A stretch of DNA of 64,000 bases from the human T2T-CHM13v2.0 reference genome, Homo sapiens. The translations under genes and the position numbers were made by a program. Below, piece after piece: positions 1 through 14,102 of the stretch. Each line of letters starts with the position of its first letter. The first letter of the stretch is position 1. A model generated the notes under the pieces. The model made no database searches, was not told where the DNA came from, and saw only the letters and a list, made by a program, of their open reading frames with translations. The stretch lies in the NCBI RefSeq assembly GCF_009914755.1, contig NC_060937.1. One strand, given 5' to 3'.

Positions 1-337
1 CCGTTTTCACACTGCTGATAAAGACATACCTGAGACTCGATAATTTATAAGGAAAAAGAGGTTTCATGAACTCACAATTCTATGTGGCTGGGGAGGCCTC
101 ACAATCATGATGGAAGGTGAAAGCCATGTCTCACATGGTGACAGACAAGAGAAAAGAGCTTGTGCAGGGAAACTCCCCTTTATAAAAACCATCAGATCTC
201 ATGAGACTTATTCACTATTATGAGAACAGCACAGGAAAGACCCACCCTCATGATTCCATTACCTCCCACCGGGTCCCTCCCACCACATGTGGGAATTCAA
301 AATGAGATTTGGGTGGGGACACAGCCAAACCATATCA
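1..337 (-). mobile_element. THE1-family MaLR LTR (cut by window start)
   Basis: Diagnostic 'gataaagacatacctgagact...ggctggggaggcctcacaatcatg' and terminus 'gagatttgggtggggacacagccaaaccatatca'. Confidence 0.92.
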
Positions 338-593
338 CCATCCCTATATGTATTTGTCATTGAATTGCTGATTCTTTGGTCAAAATTACCTAATATTACC
401 TTTTTTCCTGATACTTGATTTTGAAATAAGTCCTATGAATCTGTAAGGCATCAGTTCTTTACTTGAGAGCCACCTGCTTGTTTCCTGATTGCAGAATAAT
501 GCAGCAAAATTATACAGGATGGAATCCCCTCAAAGACAATGCCTCTGGAGAGAGATCCAGCAACTTACAGGAATGGGTCCACCTAGTTCAGGG

Positions 594-643
594 CAGCCTA
601 TATTTGTGGAAAACCATACAGCCTATATTTGTGGTAAACCATA
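594..643. repeat. 25-bp tandem duplication
   Basis: cagcctatatttgtgg(a/t)aaaccata x2 (594-618, 619-643), one mismatch. Confidence 0.9.
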
Positions 644-1094
644 AAGAACTTCACTCCAAACATATGGATAATTAATGTGTTTGAAATGAGAAAGAGGATG
701 CAAGTCTGTAAGGTGATCATATTAGCAACATGGTTTTCAGAGAAAGAATGTGCACCCTAGCTCCTTTGGAAGGAGTTGCTTGACATTTCCCAGTATCTGA
801 AATCAAAGTGCGGATGCCCTGCCCAATCCCCCTCAGAGGAGCACCTTTGCAGCTGATCACTGCCAGCCAGGAGCAGCCTTGTGTGTTCTGTGTGTGCAAG
901 GTCAGGAAAAAGTTTGAAAACATAGCTATGAAGTAATAGAATATCTCTGTCAAAAAAGAAGTAGGGTCACTTATGATTGGAAATGTTTGAGCTGTAGAAA
1001 CTGTTGAAAAACTAAAGGATACTGCTTTTGTTTTTGAGTTATCACTCTTTTCTTGTCCTCAAAACAGAATGGAATATAGACACCTATGTGGGTG

Positions 1095-1132
1095 CACACA
1101 CACACTCTCACACGCACGCATGTACACACACA
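1095..1132. repeat. Interrupted (CA)n microsatellite
   Basis: cacacacacactctcacacgcacgcatgtacacacaca. Confidence 0.85.
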
Positions 1133-2344
1133 TCTTTCCTCTCTCACCAGAAAAAAATGTTGTGTTGGAGAATAATGCAAACAGGCAAGGAACAAGCAGA
1201 CTTTAGACAAGACATTCATTTATTGTTACAAAGTGATTTGTGGCTACTCATTGCCAAATGACTGGAGCATGCAGTAATGGAAACCTGGGAATTAAAAAAA
1301 AACAAAACCTCAAAACACCAAAACTTACTGCCAACTCCACTGGTCAACAATACACTTAATATCTCAATCCCCTACTCCCTATCAAATAAACAACCTTTGA
1401 CTCAGAAGCCTCCTTTATATCTTTGAACATGGAAAAACAATGGGCTTTGCTGTTTTATTGGTGTTTAATTCCCAAGCACTTGTCCTTACTTAGGGATGGG
1501 GTTGCTCATGCAATTTAAATGTCCTCACATAAGTAGATTTTTGGCGATTGCTCCTGCACTTTTCATTTCAGTCAGCTGAGCAGGGTTTCTACATCCTATT
1601 TGCCTCCCTCGGAGAAGAGGAAATTTCTGCAAATTATTTTCTGTTTATTCTTGTGGTAAGGTAATTCACTTCCTCTAAGGCTCGACCTTCGGATTTGAAA
1701 ACGAAGTGAAAGTGAGTGTGAATACTGATATGACATCAATGTTTTGGAGATTGAGGGAAATTTCCCTTTGGCCAGTGGCTGATTTAAAGATGTAAAGAGT
1801 CCTATGTGGGGCATACTGAGTCCTGCCAAACCGACCTTCCCGTTCAGATGGTTTGGAAACTAGGCTGTGCCACATGCTATCTAATTTAGAGGTTTCTCTT
1901 AATCCTGCTATTTCCTATCATACATCAGGGGCTTTCACAACATAGCACATGTGTCTGGGAAAAACTGTAAGTGAAACAACCAGGGCAAATCTAAAGACCT
2001 AAGAGAATGGTGAGCAACTTTTTATTTTTTCATCCTGCCCAATATCTTAAGTGCCTCTCCACCAAGAAAACCCCCCAAAAACCAAAAAAAAAAACAATAA
2101 AAAAGATTAGCTGTCCACTTTGACCACTTTTTTTCACTCAAAATGAATCATGGAATTCCACAGATTAATTGTGAATTCTTATATCTTAGGCTGCCTTCAT
2201 TGAATAGACAGATTTTAAAGGAAAAATTGGCACTCACTCAAACAATAAAATGGTAGTATTAAGGAACCTTTAAGAATTAGGATCCGGGAGGCAATGTTCC
2301 ATTATTTCATCATTTAAATTTATTTGGGTTTTTGGGAATGTATG

Positions 2345-2475
2345 AGTGAGTTTACACCCACTTTCATTTCATTTCCGAATTTGAAGATTGAGCTTTACAA
2401 AGAGGTAGTGACTTACCTCAACTCACACAATGAACTTCCCCAAAGAGGTGTGGTTGGAATTAGAGCTTGTTCTAC
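2345..2475 (-). mobile_element. MIR fragment
   Basis: 'gaagattgagct..agaggtagtgacttacctcaactcacaca' resembles the reverse MIR core. Confidence 0.55.
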
Positions 2476-2609
2476 CCACGCCAGTGTTCACATAGCAAGT
2501 GTGCTCTCTAATAGCTGATATTCATATAGTGTTCGGTAACGGCCAGTTTCCACATACATCTTTTCTTTTAATCACACTCATATTGTGTGACAAGCATATT
2601 CTCTTTTTA

Positions 2610-2722
2610 TGGACTAGAGACCGTAGATTACAGGCTACTGCAAAGCAGGGATCTTGTCTACTTTGTGCACCATGCTATTCATATGGCCTGCTGTGTTGTA
2701 AGTGCTGGACAAGTAAATGAGG
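2610..2722 (+). mobile_element. L2 3' end fragment
   Basis: 'tagattacaggctactgcaaagcagggatcttgtctactttgtgcacca...agtaaatga' is the typical L2 terminus. Confidence 0.6.
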
Positions 2723-2774
2723 GAGAACTTGTCCCACAGTTCAGAAGGGGTGCTGTGGCCTTCTATCTATAAAT

Positions 2775-2850
2775 TGTTATTAGACCTCTGCTCAAACATT
2801 TTCAGTGATGAGAAATTCATTGCCTTCCAAAGCAGCCATGGTACATATCC
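2775..2850. mobile_element. L3/CR1-type fragment
   Basis: 'ctctgctcaaacattttcagtgatgagaaattcattgccttccaaagcagcca' resembles the CR1/L3 3' region. Confidence 0.45.
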
Positions 2851-5800
2851 TTTCTTATTTTAGTTTAGTTTAGTTTAGTTTTGCCTGTTTGTTTTTGCTT
2901 CACAGCTCCTCATTGCCTTCTCTTCTACTCAGAGTGGTTCTGTTGATGTCAGTTATGGTTGCCGGGCTCTTAGGGGCAGACGCATAGCCTAGGGTAGGCC
3001 TTTCACAGCATCCATCCCCCATCTACAGTCACTGGTCCAAGAAGTGACCACTTTGGGAACCAGTCATGGTTCTCCATCACACCTGTCAAGTGGAAGATGA
3101 AGGAGAAAGGGCCACTTTCTTCTTTTCTGATTGCAAACTCTGGTAAACCCAGTGCTTCCAGAGGCCCTCTTTGCTCTTGTGTATCAAGAGACTGCCTGAG
3201 AAAGAAACCAAACACAAGACAAAAACCAAACAGAAATGGACAGCATGATGGCAGCTATTGAAACCTCTAAATCCTCTGTTCCTAGAGCTAGCTCCACCTT
3301 TGGGTTTCTCAATTGTGTGGTTAATACCTTTCTCTTTTTTTCTCTTTTTGTTTTACTACTTATAAGCAAAAGAGGTCTAACATGACTACCCATTCCATGA
3401 TGACACAGTTTGGACTTTTGAAACATTCTTATGTGGATCCCAGATCCCCTTTATAGAGACAAGAAGAACAGGTGTAACTCTTTCATGTAACAGTGTTTCT
3501 GACACTTGGAGAAAACTACCCTCTCTTTTCCTCAGCTTTTGCTTAAGTCTTCTGTCCAGGTTCTGCACCCTATTTTGTCAACTTCCCTTCATGTGATGTA
3601 GTGTCCCACACCATCTTAGTTGCTAACATTTCATTACATCTCCATTTGCCCACAGCTATCTTAATATGAGGGAAGATTAACACAATGTTCAGCAACATAA
3701 CATAGGATAATAATTTTCTTTCTTTCATACATTGTAATTTTTCACTGCTCCTGAAGGTCTCATTGGCCTTTTTAAATATTATAATACATAATTGACTTGA
3801 AATACAAGTGTTATGAATTGAAACTCTCAAGCTTGACACATTTTTTGATAATAAAGTATGTCTCCCATAACTTTTAATAATTTTGTTCTTTTTAACTGAT
3901 TTTACCTTTATTTCAAATTAACTTCCATTTATAGGTAGAAATGTTCCATATTTTATACTCATTGGTTTTTATGTTGGGTCTATCAGAAAATGAATTTGCT
4001 ATTTCCTTTCATTTTATATTTTCAGAAAGCTATGTTTAAAGCTTGTGTTTTTAAAATTTTTATTTATTTATTTACTTGTGATAGCATCAAGGAAGTTAAA
4101 CATTTCTATGGCAGAATGCTATTTGGAAGTCCAGGATAGTTACTTAATAGTTTTCTTACATGAATGTAGTGTCTATTTATTTGTGGATCTTTTACTTTCC
4201 TAAATCTTTATTCATCTTGAAGCTCTGGTGACTATTAGTATAAAGAATGTGATTTTCATTCAGTTCCTGTCTGAGACACTAGAAAAAAAATGGTTTCTTT
4301 GCTTCATTTGCCAAATATTCTGCACAGTGCTTATTTTGTATTTTTTCCCATATTAAGTGTAATACAAGACTCATTGGCACATTATAAATAAGAAATTAAT
4401 GCTGAAAAGGAAGCCACTTCCAAAAGCAGCATTTCCCCAGGAAATAAAGAAGAGGTGAGATCAGTACCCCCAGAGAGTCTACAACTGTCTTCTGTCTGTT
4501 CCCCTTCTTCTTTTACAGGATAAAATGAAAATTGAGAAAGAATTCAGATAATTGAGACTAAAACGTGCTGCCTTAGTTATTTCAATTTCTCATACAAAAT
4601 GTATGCTTGGCTTGAGGTATATTATTATCTTCCATGTTTTAGTTATAGTCTTACTGAATTGTACAAGAAGGAAAAAGGTTAAAAAATTAAAGTGGATTGC
4701 ATGTATATGTGTGTGCCTAAAGGCATATTGATAACATAGAAACATAAATATGTTATAGAAAAATTATACCATGAGGATCAATTAATGTATCAAAGGGAAG
4801 GTAATGTTATGATGATTGATCAGATTCATTTCACTGTGACCCAGATTAAAGCTTTTTACTATTAACCCGTGGCTTCTGCATTTACTGGGGTGGATTTTTC
4901 CTTTTTGTATAGCTGGATAGGAACATTTTCATGTCTTTTCACTTTAAATTTGCTCAAACAAAGCACTAAACCAAAAATGATACAGATTTAAATGAAGATT
5001 CTGTAGGAGAAAGAGAGAGGGTGAAACCATGTACCACAAAACCTTGTCCTCATTAAATATTTTTATTTTCTGCAAGTTCTCACTGCCATCATAACAAAAC
5101 TGCTGGTTTTCGTTATCCTCCCTTTGGTCACTCTGTATCCCTTCTTACTGGATCCTTTATTTTGTCATTCTTATTTTTCCTCAGAACCTCAAATCCTCCA
5201 TCTTTTCATATACAGGGCAATTTCTTCACAGCCTTTTGTTAGTCAGGAAGTCCTTTTCATCATAATTGGTTTATTTTAGCTTCGAAATCTTTCCTCTAAA
5301 TATGCACAAGGCTTTCTCTGAAAGGGACTTTGTTTTATTTTTCCATCTTGTTACAATTTCCTCCATCACAGTACATAATTCTGTAGTTGAGGATAGTTGT
5401 GAATAACAATTCAGAAAGCAGGAATTGAAGCCTATTTCTCCAAACTCATTGATATTATTATCCTGTAACTAAACTCTAAGAATTTTAAGAAATGTATCTC
5501 TATGGGGTCACCTATAGCAGTAAAACATCAATCATCAATAACTTTTATGTAGGCTTTGCTTAATACATTGTAAACTTTGATCTCATATTATTTTCTAGGT
5601 ATAAGGGTTAAAAATAAGTGCCAGTCTAGATTTTGCTGAAAATAACTTCTGTTTTAATATCCTGTGATTTTCACCACAATCATTCCCTTCATTGCCAAAC
5701 AATGAATTGGCAAGGATTCTTGTTCAATTGAGGTTTAATGGAAACTGGTTGCCTTAAGAAGAAATTGACTTATGTGCATGATGTGTTCATTTGCAGGCAG

Positions 5801-6218
5801 CTTCAAAGATCACCAACTGTAAGAAACAGGAAGAGACTTTGAAGTAGATAACTTCTTGTGTTTTTTTCACATATTCCCTGGTGGAATTTTAGTTTTGTAT
5901 CATGCTTTTCCAAGTTTTTCTCCAGATGTTGTATAGTTTTTTGTTTTTGTTTTTTTTTTTTTTTTCCCGGAAAAGTTTAGACATCTTGTACACAGACATC
6001 AAGATCTAAAAACGGAGGCGCCAGCTCTATTTTACAAAAATATCTGATAGTATCTTATTGAAGAATGTTGGAATCATTCAAGCGACTGCTTCTATCCAGT
6101 TTCCACGCTGTCTGAAGATCCTCCTTGAAATCCCATGTAACCTTTAGTATAATGCCCACGTTAAGAAAAGTGGGTCAGTGATTAAAGACATATTGAATCA
6201 TGTTTCTGGCTTTTTGTG

Positions 6219-6310
6219 TTTATAAATTATGTATATAATTATAAATATAGTATTTATATAAAAATATAAATGTATACATGTTTATATTTATTATAAATTA
6301 TTATAAATAA
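6219..6310. repeat. AT-rich low-complexity tract
   Basis: Almost pure A/T, TATA-like repeats. Confidence 0.8.
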
Positions 6311-7511
6311 TCAGTAAAACATCAGTGGACCAAACATTCTCTGTACAATTAATTACGCAGATAATAGAGTACCTAAGAATCTCTTAAAAAATGAGTGTAA
6401 CATATGTTTGTTTAGTACACAGTCTGTAGAAGAGAGTTGTTGGTAATGTACTGTGGACTGGGGTCATATTGCCGGTTCCCATGCATTTTCCTTGGAAGAT
6501 AAAGACAGCGATCAGGTTTCAAGTCATTCAAGACAGAGACACAAGCAAAGGCACAGATATTTGAAGGTAAATAAATAGGCAAATTTGACTAAGGAGGATG
6601 CTATGCTAGTATTTGTTATAGTATTAGTGTTAATATAAGGTTAATGCATGTTAGTTAGAAAGAAATAATGCAAAATTAATCTTCTTCCTCTCCCATTTGA
6701 ACTATATAATTAAATAGTACATTCATCTTAATATTCAGGTAATATTTAACCAACTCAGGTTAGTCATATTAATAAACCTATCACAAGCTGAAAACAAAAT
6801 CAAGAGAAATCAAAACATTGACTTTTAACTCCAATCTTATAATTACTTTAAAATATTCAAACAGGAGGCTTTGGGAAAGAGAGTGACTTGTATTTAAATG
6901 GGCATAGTAAGAGTGAAAGAAACAGAGAGTACTGCTCTGCCCCAGGCACTGTGCCAGTCATCATGCCCACACTAACTAGCTTACCACCTGATTTAGAAGC
7001 CGCATTAACCAACATGAATGGGTTCTTACCCTTGGTGCCTACCTTTGCCTTGCCAGGACATGATGGACAGGGCCCTGGGAAGCCTCTGAGAAGAAAGTGA
7101 GGACACAACACACAGTTCGCTTTGAAACTATAGACAAGGTGTAGCATATGGCTTTGATTTATTAGTATATGCTTGTAGTCAGTGGCTTCGGGTTTTAGAG
7201 AGGACACTTTCGAATGTATTTCTGTGCTGATTCCAAGGTGTTTTCAATTAATGCCCTGAAAAGCTTTCAGTTTCTCATTTACTTGGCTGATGGATGGCTC
7301 CTTAGATGTATATTGGCTCTTGAAGGGTTTCTCTGTCTCTGAACAAGGGTGAAATTAAAGAAGCATTTTGTAAAGTGGAACTTTTGCCCTGGCAGGAGGA
7401 ACCAGACATTTCCACAAATAAACACATGCATCTGTGAATCTGTAAATAGATTGATTATTATTTTTTCTGTCAAGTGATTAAGAGCCTAGGGCTAGTTAAT
7501 TAGCAGCTAAT

Positions 7512-7545
7512 GAGAGAGAGAGAGAGTGTGTGTGTGTGTGTGTGT
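7512..7545. repeat. Compound (GA)n(GT)n microsatellite
   Basis: About 7 GA units followed by about 10 GT units. Confidence 0.92.
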
Positions 7546-7829
7546 TCTACTGGTGAAGCTCTCATTGTTAAACTAAAATAGGCCTAAGGGTGTTGATGCA
7601 AAAAGAAGGTATGTGCACTGGACTTACAGAAAGAAACAATAATTCTTGGCAAGAAAACAGAAGTCTTGCATCTATGAAAACATTTTGATCAGCTGAGATC
7701 AGGCTGATTTTTAGGTTCAAAATACCATCTTCACCCACAAAATCCTAAAAATTTTAGCCAAAAAGGGGTAAGGTTTATGTTTAAGAAAAAAATAGAACTA
7801 CTTTGTGGATCCTGGTCTGCCAAACCTGG

Positions 7830-7940
7830 TTCATTTGTTCATTCATTCAACAAATCGTATGGAGTGTCTCTATGCCAGGCACTCTTCCATGCAATAAGGA
7901 CACTCAGAATAATGAACAAGACTAATAAGAACCTAATTTG
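7830..7940 (-). mobile_element. L2 3' end fragment
   Basis: 'ttcattcattcaacaaatcgtatggagtgtctctatgccaggcact' is the reverse L2 tail. Confidence 0.75.
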
Positions 7941-8710
7941 TCTTGAAAATTAAATGTAAAATTAAAATGTAAATTAAAATTTACATTTTACAAGAGGATT
8001 TTTTATCATCTTTGCTGAAAATTCCCCCAAATATCTCTAAAAAGTAGTGGCAATCTATATTTTCTATTTCTTTTCTTCTTTCAATATTTTTTTCTCTCTC
8101 TCTCGCCAATTTTAATGCAATTTGTAAATATATTTAAGAGAGAGAAAGGTGATTTTTAAGTTAAGTACTAATATTGAGGACCTCTGACTTTTTTGCTTAA
8201 GACATAATCATCTTTTGTCGTGGGAAGAAGCACCACATTCCTGTGGTCTTGGTTGACTGCTGAAATGCTTTCACAGGTTTGGTGGTGTCCAGCATTGAGA
8301 GCTAGTGCTCCTTTTTTGGTCTGCATTACTTATCTCCCTGGGCAATCTTGTAGAGGCCATAACTTCTGTCTCCTTAAATAGGCTGCTGGGTCCAAACTCA
8401 ATTTCCAGTCTGGAATTCCCCTTCCCATAGCCACGAAGTGTTTCTAAATCTTTCCCAAACACTGGGAGAACTCAAAGATAGAGGCAAATGTTGGCTCTAC
8501 ATCATAGTATCTGTTGTCTTACAATTAAATATCCAATGCCTACAATTTTTCTTCATAGTATTTACATTGGGTTAGACCATAGTTTAAATTTATCATCAGA
8601 GACTTTGTATTTTTCTTTGTACTTGAAGTAGTGTTTATGCTGCTCAAGTCATGGGGAAAAATTATTAAAACAGGTTGGATGCTGCTCAAGCCAAGAATGA
8701 GTTGTAAATT

Positions 8711-8928
8711 AGAGGCAATATGATGTCATAGTTAAGATCATGGCTCAGGGGCCGTGCTGCCTTGGTTTAAATCCCAGCTGACTTTGGACACACAATTTGC
8801 TCCTCTATCAATGAGAGTAATACCATTCCCTTCACAGAATTGTTGTGAAGGTTAAATTAGCTGTTACATGTGAAGCACATAGAACATTGCTTGGCATATA
8901 GAAAGCCCTATATTACTTTCATTATTAG
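8711..8928 (+). mobile_element. MIR SINE
   Basis: 'atagttaagatcatggct...tttaaatcccagct...ttgttgtgaaggttaaattag...agaacattgcttggcatatag'. Confidence 0.85.
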
Positions 8929-9119
8929 GAGTAAGATTATAGTCAGGGATAGGGGAAGGTCATTGCTAAATTAAGAAGATAAAAGTTTAAGCCATGACAG
9001 AATAGGTTAAAGTTTGGAACTGACTTGTATGTTACCTGTGACTGCATTGGGCAATTAAAAAAAATTTAGTATGACACCAAATAGAAAACTAACTTTCATT
9101 AATAATATGATCTCATAAA

Positions 9120-9250
9120 AATAAGTGGAATAGTGAATGAGCATGTTGAACTAGGAATTACATAACTGATAATTCAAATTTGCTCTTCTGTCAACTGCCT
9201 TTCATATCCTTGGGGAAGTTTCATTTCATGTTATCTTTTTCTCATTGGTT
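9120..9250 (+). mobile_element. Degenerate MIR
   Basis: 'atagtgaatgagcatg...atccttggggaagtttc'. Confidence 0.45.
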
Positions 9251-9640
9251 TATAGGATTTCTTGTGTACTTGGCTTATTAGGGGAAAGTCTCCACTTCTC
9301 TGGTTTCATTTTTCCATGCAGTGAATTGTCCCCAGAGTTGACGCTCTTGGTCTCTTGCCCACCTCTTATTCCTTTCTCCAAATGAATTATTTCACTGTTA
9401 AGATTAGGAGTATCTGAGCATGTCCTGTGCGGCTCTTTCTGAGCTACTCTTTTCTTGGAAACAGGAAGAATACAGGACAAGCGCAGAGGTCTGCTCTGTG
9501 CCATGGAGCAAGGACCCTGCCCTTGTAGGAGAGACCCATATTTGTCCAGCTGTGTCAGTATCATATGGCTAATTCTAATAAAAGATGAAATATTAAGAAA
9601 CTCACTTGATTTCAGATGCAAACCATGTATTTTTTTTCTT

Positions 9641-9825
9641 TTGCCAATTAGGGTCCTGGCAGGAAAGAGATGTCCACTCAAATCAGCTCTCTTAGGGCAG
9701 CTTAATAGGAGGACCATTTATAAAGATATGGACAGGTTAGAAAAACCAACGAGGGAGGGTAGGAGCTATGAGTGCCTGCTAGGAGCTAGGTAGAAGACAG
9801 GGGACACAGTCTTAACTGTTATGCT
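9641..9825 (-). mobile_element. ERVL-class 3' LTR remnant (LTR41-like)
   Basis: 'tgccaattagggtcctggcaggaaagagatgtccactcaaa...ttaataggaggaccatttataaag' resembles ERVL LTR ends and lies directly 3' of the ERVL pol remnant on the same strand. Confidence 0.55.
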
Positions 9826-9829
9826 AACT

Positions 9830-12635
<2,806 letters not shown>

Positions 12636-12649
12636 GGGTGGGGATGTTA

Positions 12650-13020
12650 TGAAGATAGAATTTTTACCATGTGATTCAAATTATACAATTGTTATATTTC
12701 TAGACATCAAATTAGATAGTTACCTTTTTCTATAAAATTCATCATTTCATCTAAGACTTCAAATGTATTGGTAAACTATTGTTCATAGCTATTGCTTGTG
12801 GTTTTATCTACGTATCTTTGAGCATGCCGTTTTCATTATCTTTATTATTAATTATTACTTTGGTCTTTAAGTTTTGACAAGTCATTTAAGAAATTTATCC
12901 ATTTTTAATTGGTATTAAAAATAGACTTCTATTTATTTTTATTTTGTTTTATATTTTATTAACCTCTGCTATTATTGTAATTATCTTCTTATAGGTTATT
13001 CAGTATTAAAAATCTTACAG
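12650..13020 (-). mobile_element. Old L1M ORF2 fragment
   Basis: T-rich; 'ttcaaatgtattggtaaactattgttcatag' resembles antisense L1 ORF2. Confidence 0.45.
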
Positions 13021-13021
13021 T

Positions 13022-13259
13022 GGAGTTCAAGACCAGCCTGGCCAACACGGTGAAACCCCGTCTCTACTAAAAAAAAATAAAAAAATACAAACATTGGCTG
13101 GGCACAGTGGTGCACACCTGTAATCCCAGCTACTTGGAGGCTGAGGCAGGAGAATCACTTGAACTCAGGAGGTGGAGGTTGCGGTGAGCCAAGATTGCAC
13201 CACTGCACTCCAGCTTGGGGGCAACAGAGTAAGACTATGTCCGGGAAAAAAAAAGAAAA
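13022..13259 (+). mobile_element. 5'-truncated AluS
   Basis: Starts 'ggagttcaagaccagcctggccaacacggtgaaacc'; right arm and A tail present. Confidence 0.95.
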
Positions 13260-13321
13260 CAACCATAGAGTGGAAGATCAGCTCTTATTTTTCTGCCTTT
13301 TTTTCTTTAGTAACGTAATAT

Positions 13322-13580
13322 TTTTTTCAGGTTTATTGAGGTATAATTGGCAAATAAAAATTGTATATATTTAAAGTGTACATGATGTTTTGAAATATGT
13401 ATATATGGTGAAATAATTACTACAATCACACTAGTTAACATATCCATCACTTCACATAGTTGCTGTGCATGTGTGTGACGAGAATATTTACAAGCTACTC
13501 TTCTAGAAAATTTCAAGAATGAAATACATTATTAATAATTATAGTCACCCTGTTGTGCATAAGATCTCCAGAATTTATTA
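13322..13580 (-). mobile_element. L1MA-type 3' end
   Basis: 'tttattgaggtataattggcaaataaaaattgtatatatttaaagtgtaca...atatccatcacttcacatagt'. Confidence 0.8.
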
Positions 13581-13649
13581 GTACATAAGAGTTTAAGATT
13601 ATAATTTGCACTTTAATTATATCTCTATTTACATGCCAAGTATTGATAA

Positions 13650-13959
<310 letters not shown>

Positions 13960-14102
13960 CCAGTATTATTCTTATTATTGACATATTTTCTAATTTTCAC
14001 TATGGTTTCTTTTTTAATGCATATGTTATTTAGAAGTACAATTGCTTTAAATTTCCAAATTTATGGTTTTATTTTTATATTCAAGCATAATTGGTTTACT
14101 TG

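Noticed and set aside
4430-4620. Strong + strand acceptor at 4518 with donor at 4455 (64-nt 'intron'); similar 58-nt case at 25151-25208
   Set aside because: Introns are at or below the usual human minimum and nothing supports pairing; the acceptor alone is not enough.
800-7160. Apparent enrichment of TCF/LEF sites (about 7)
   Set aside because: Several are expected by chance in 6-8 kb of AT-rich DNA; excess is not convincing without a statistical test.
6857-7207. 116-aa and 70-aa ORFs in unique DNA
   Set aside because: Non-ATG starts, no recognised homology and no convincing splice context.
9250-9793. Longest non-L1 ORFs (155 aa minus, 112 aa plus)
   Set aside because: Overlap an LTR remnant, have no recognisable domain, and overlap each other on opposite strands; consistent with chance.
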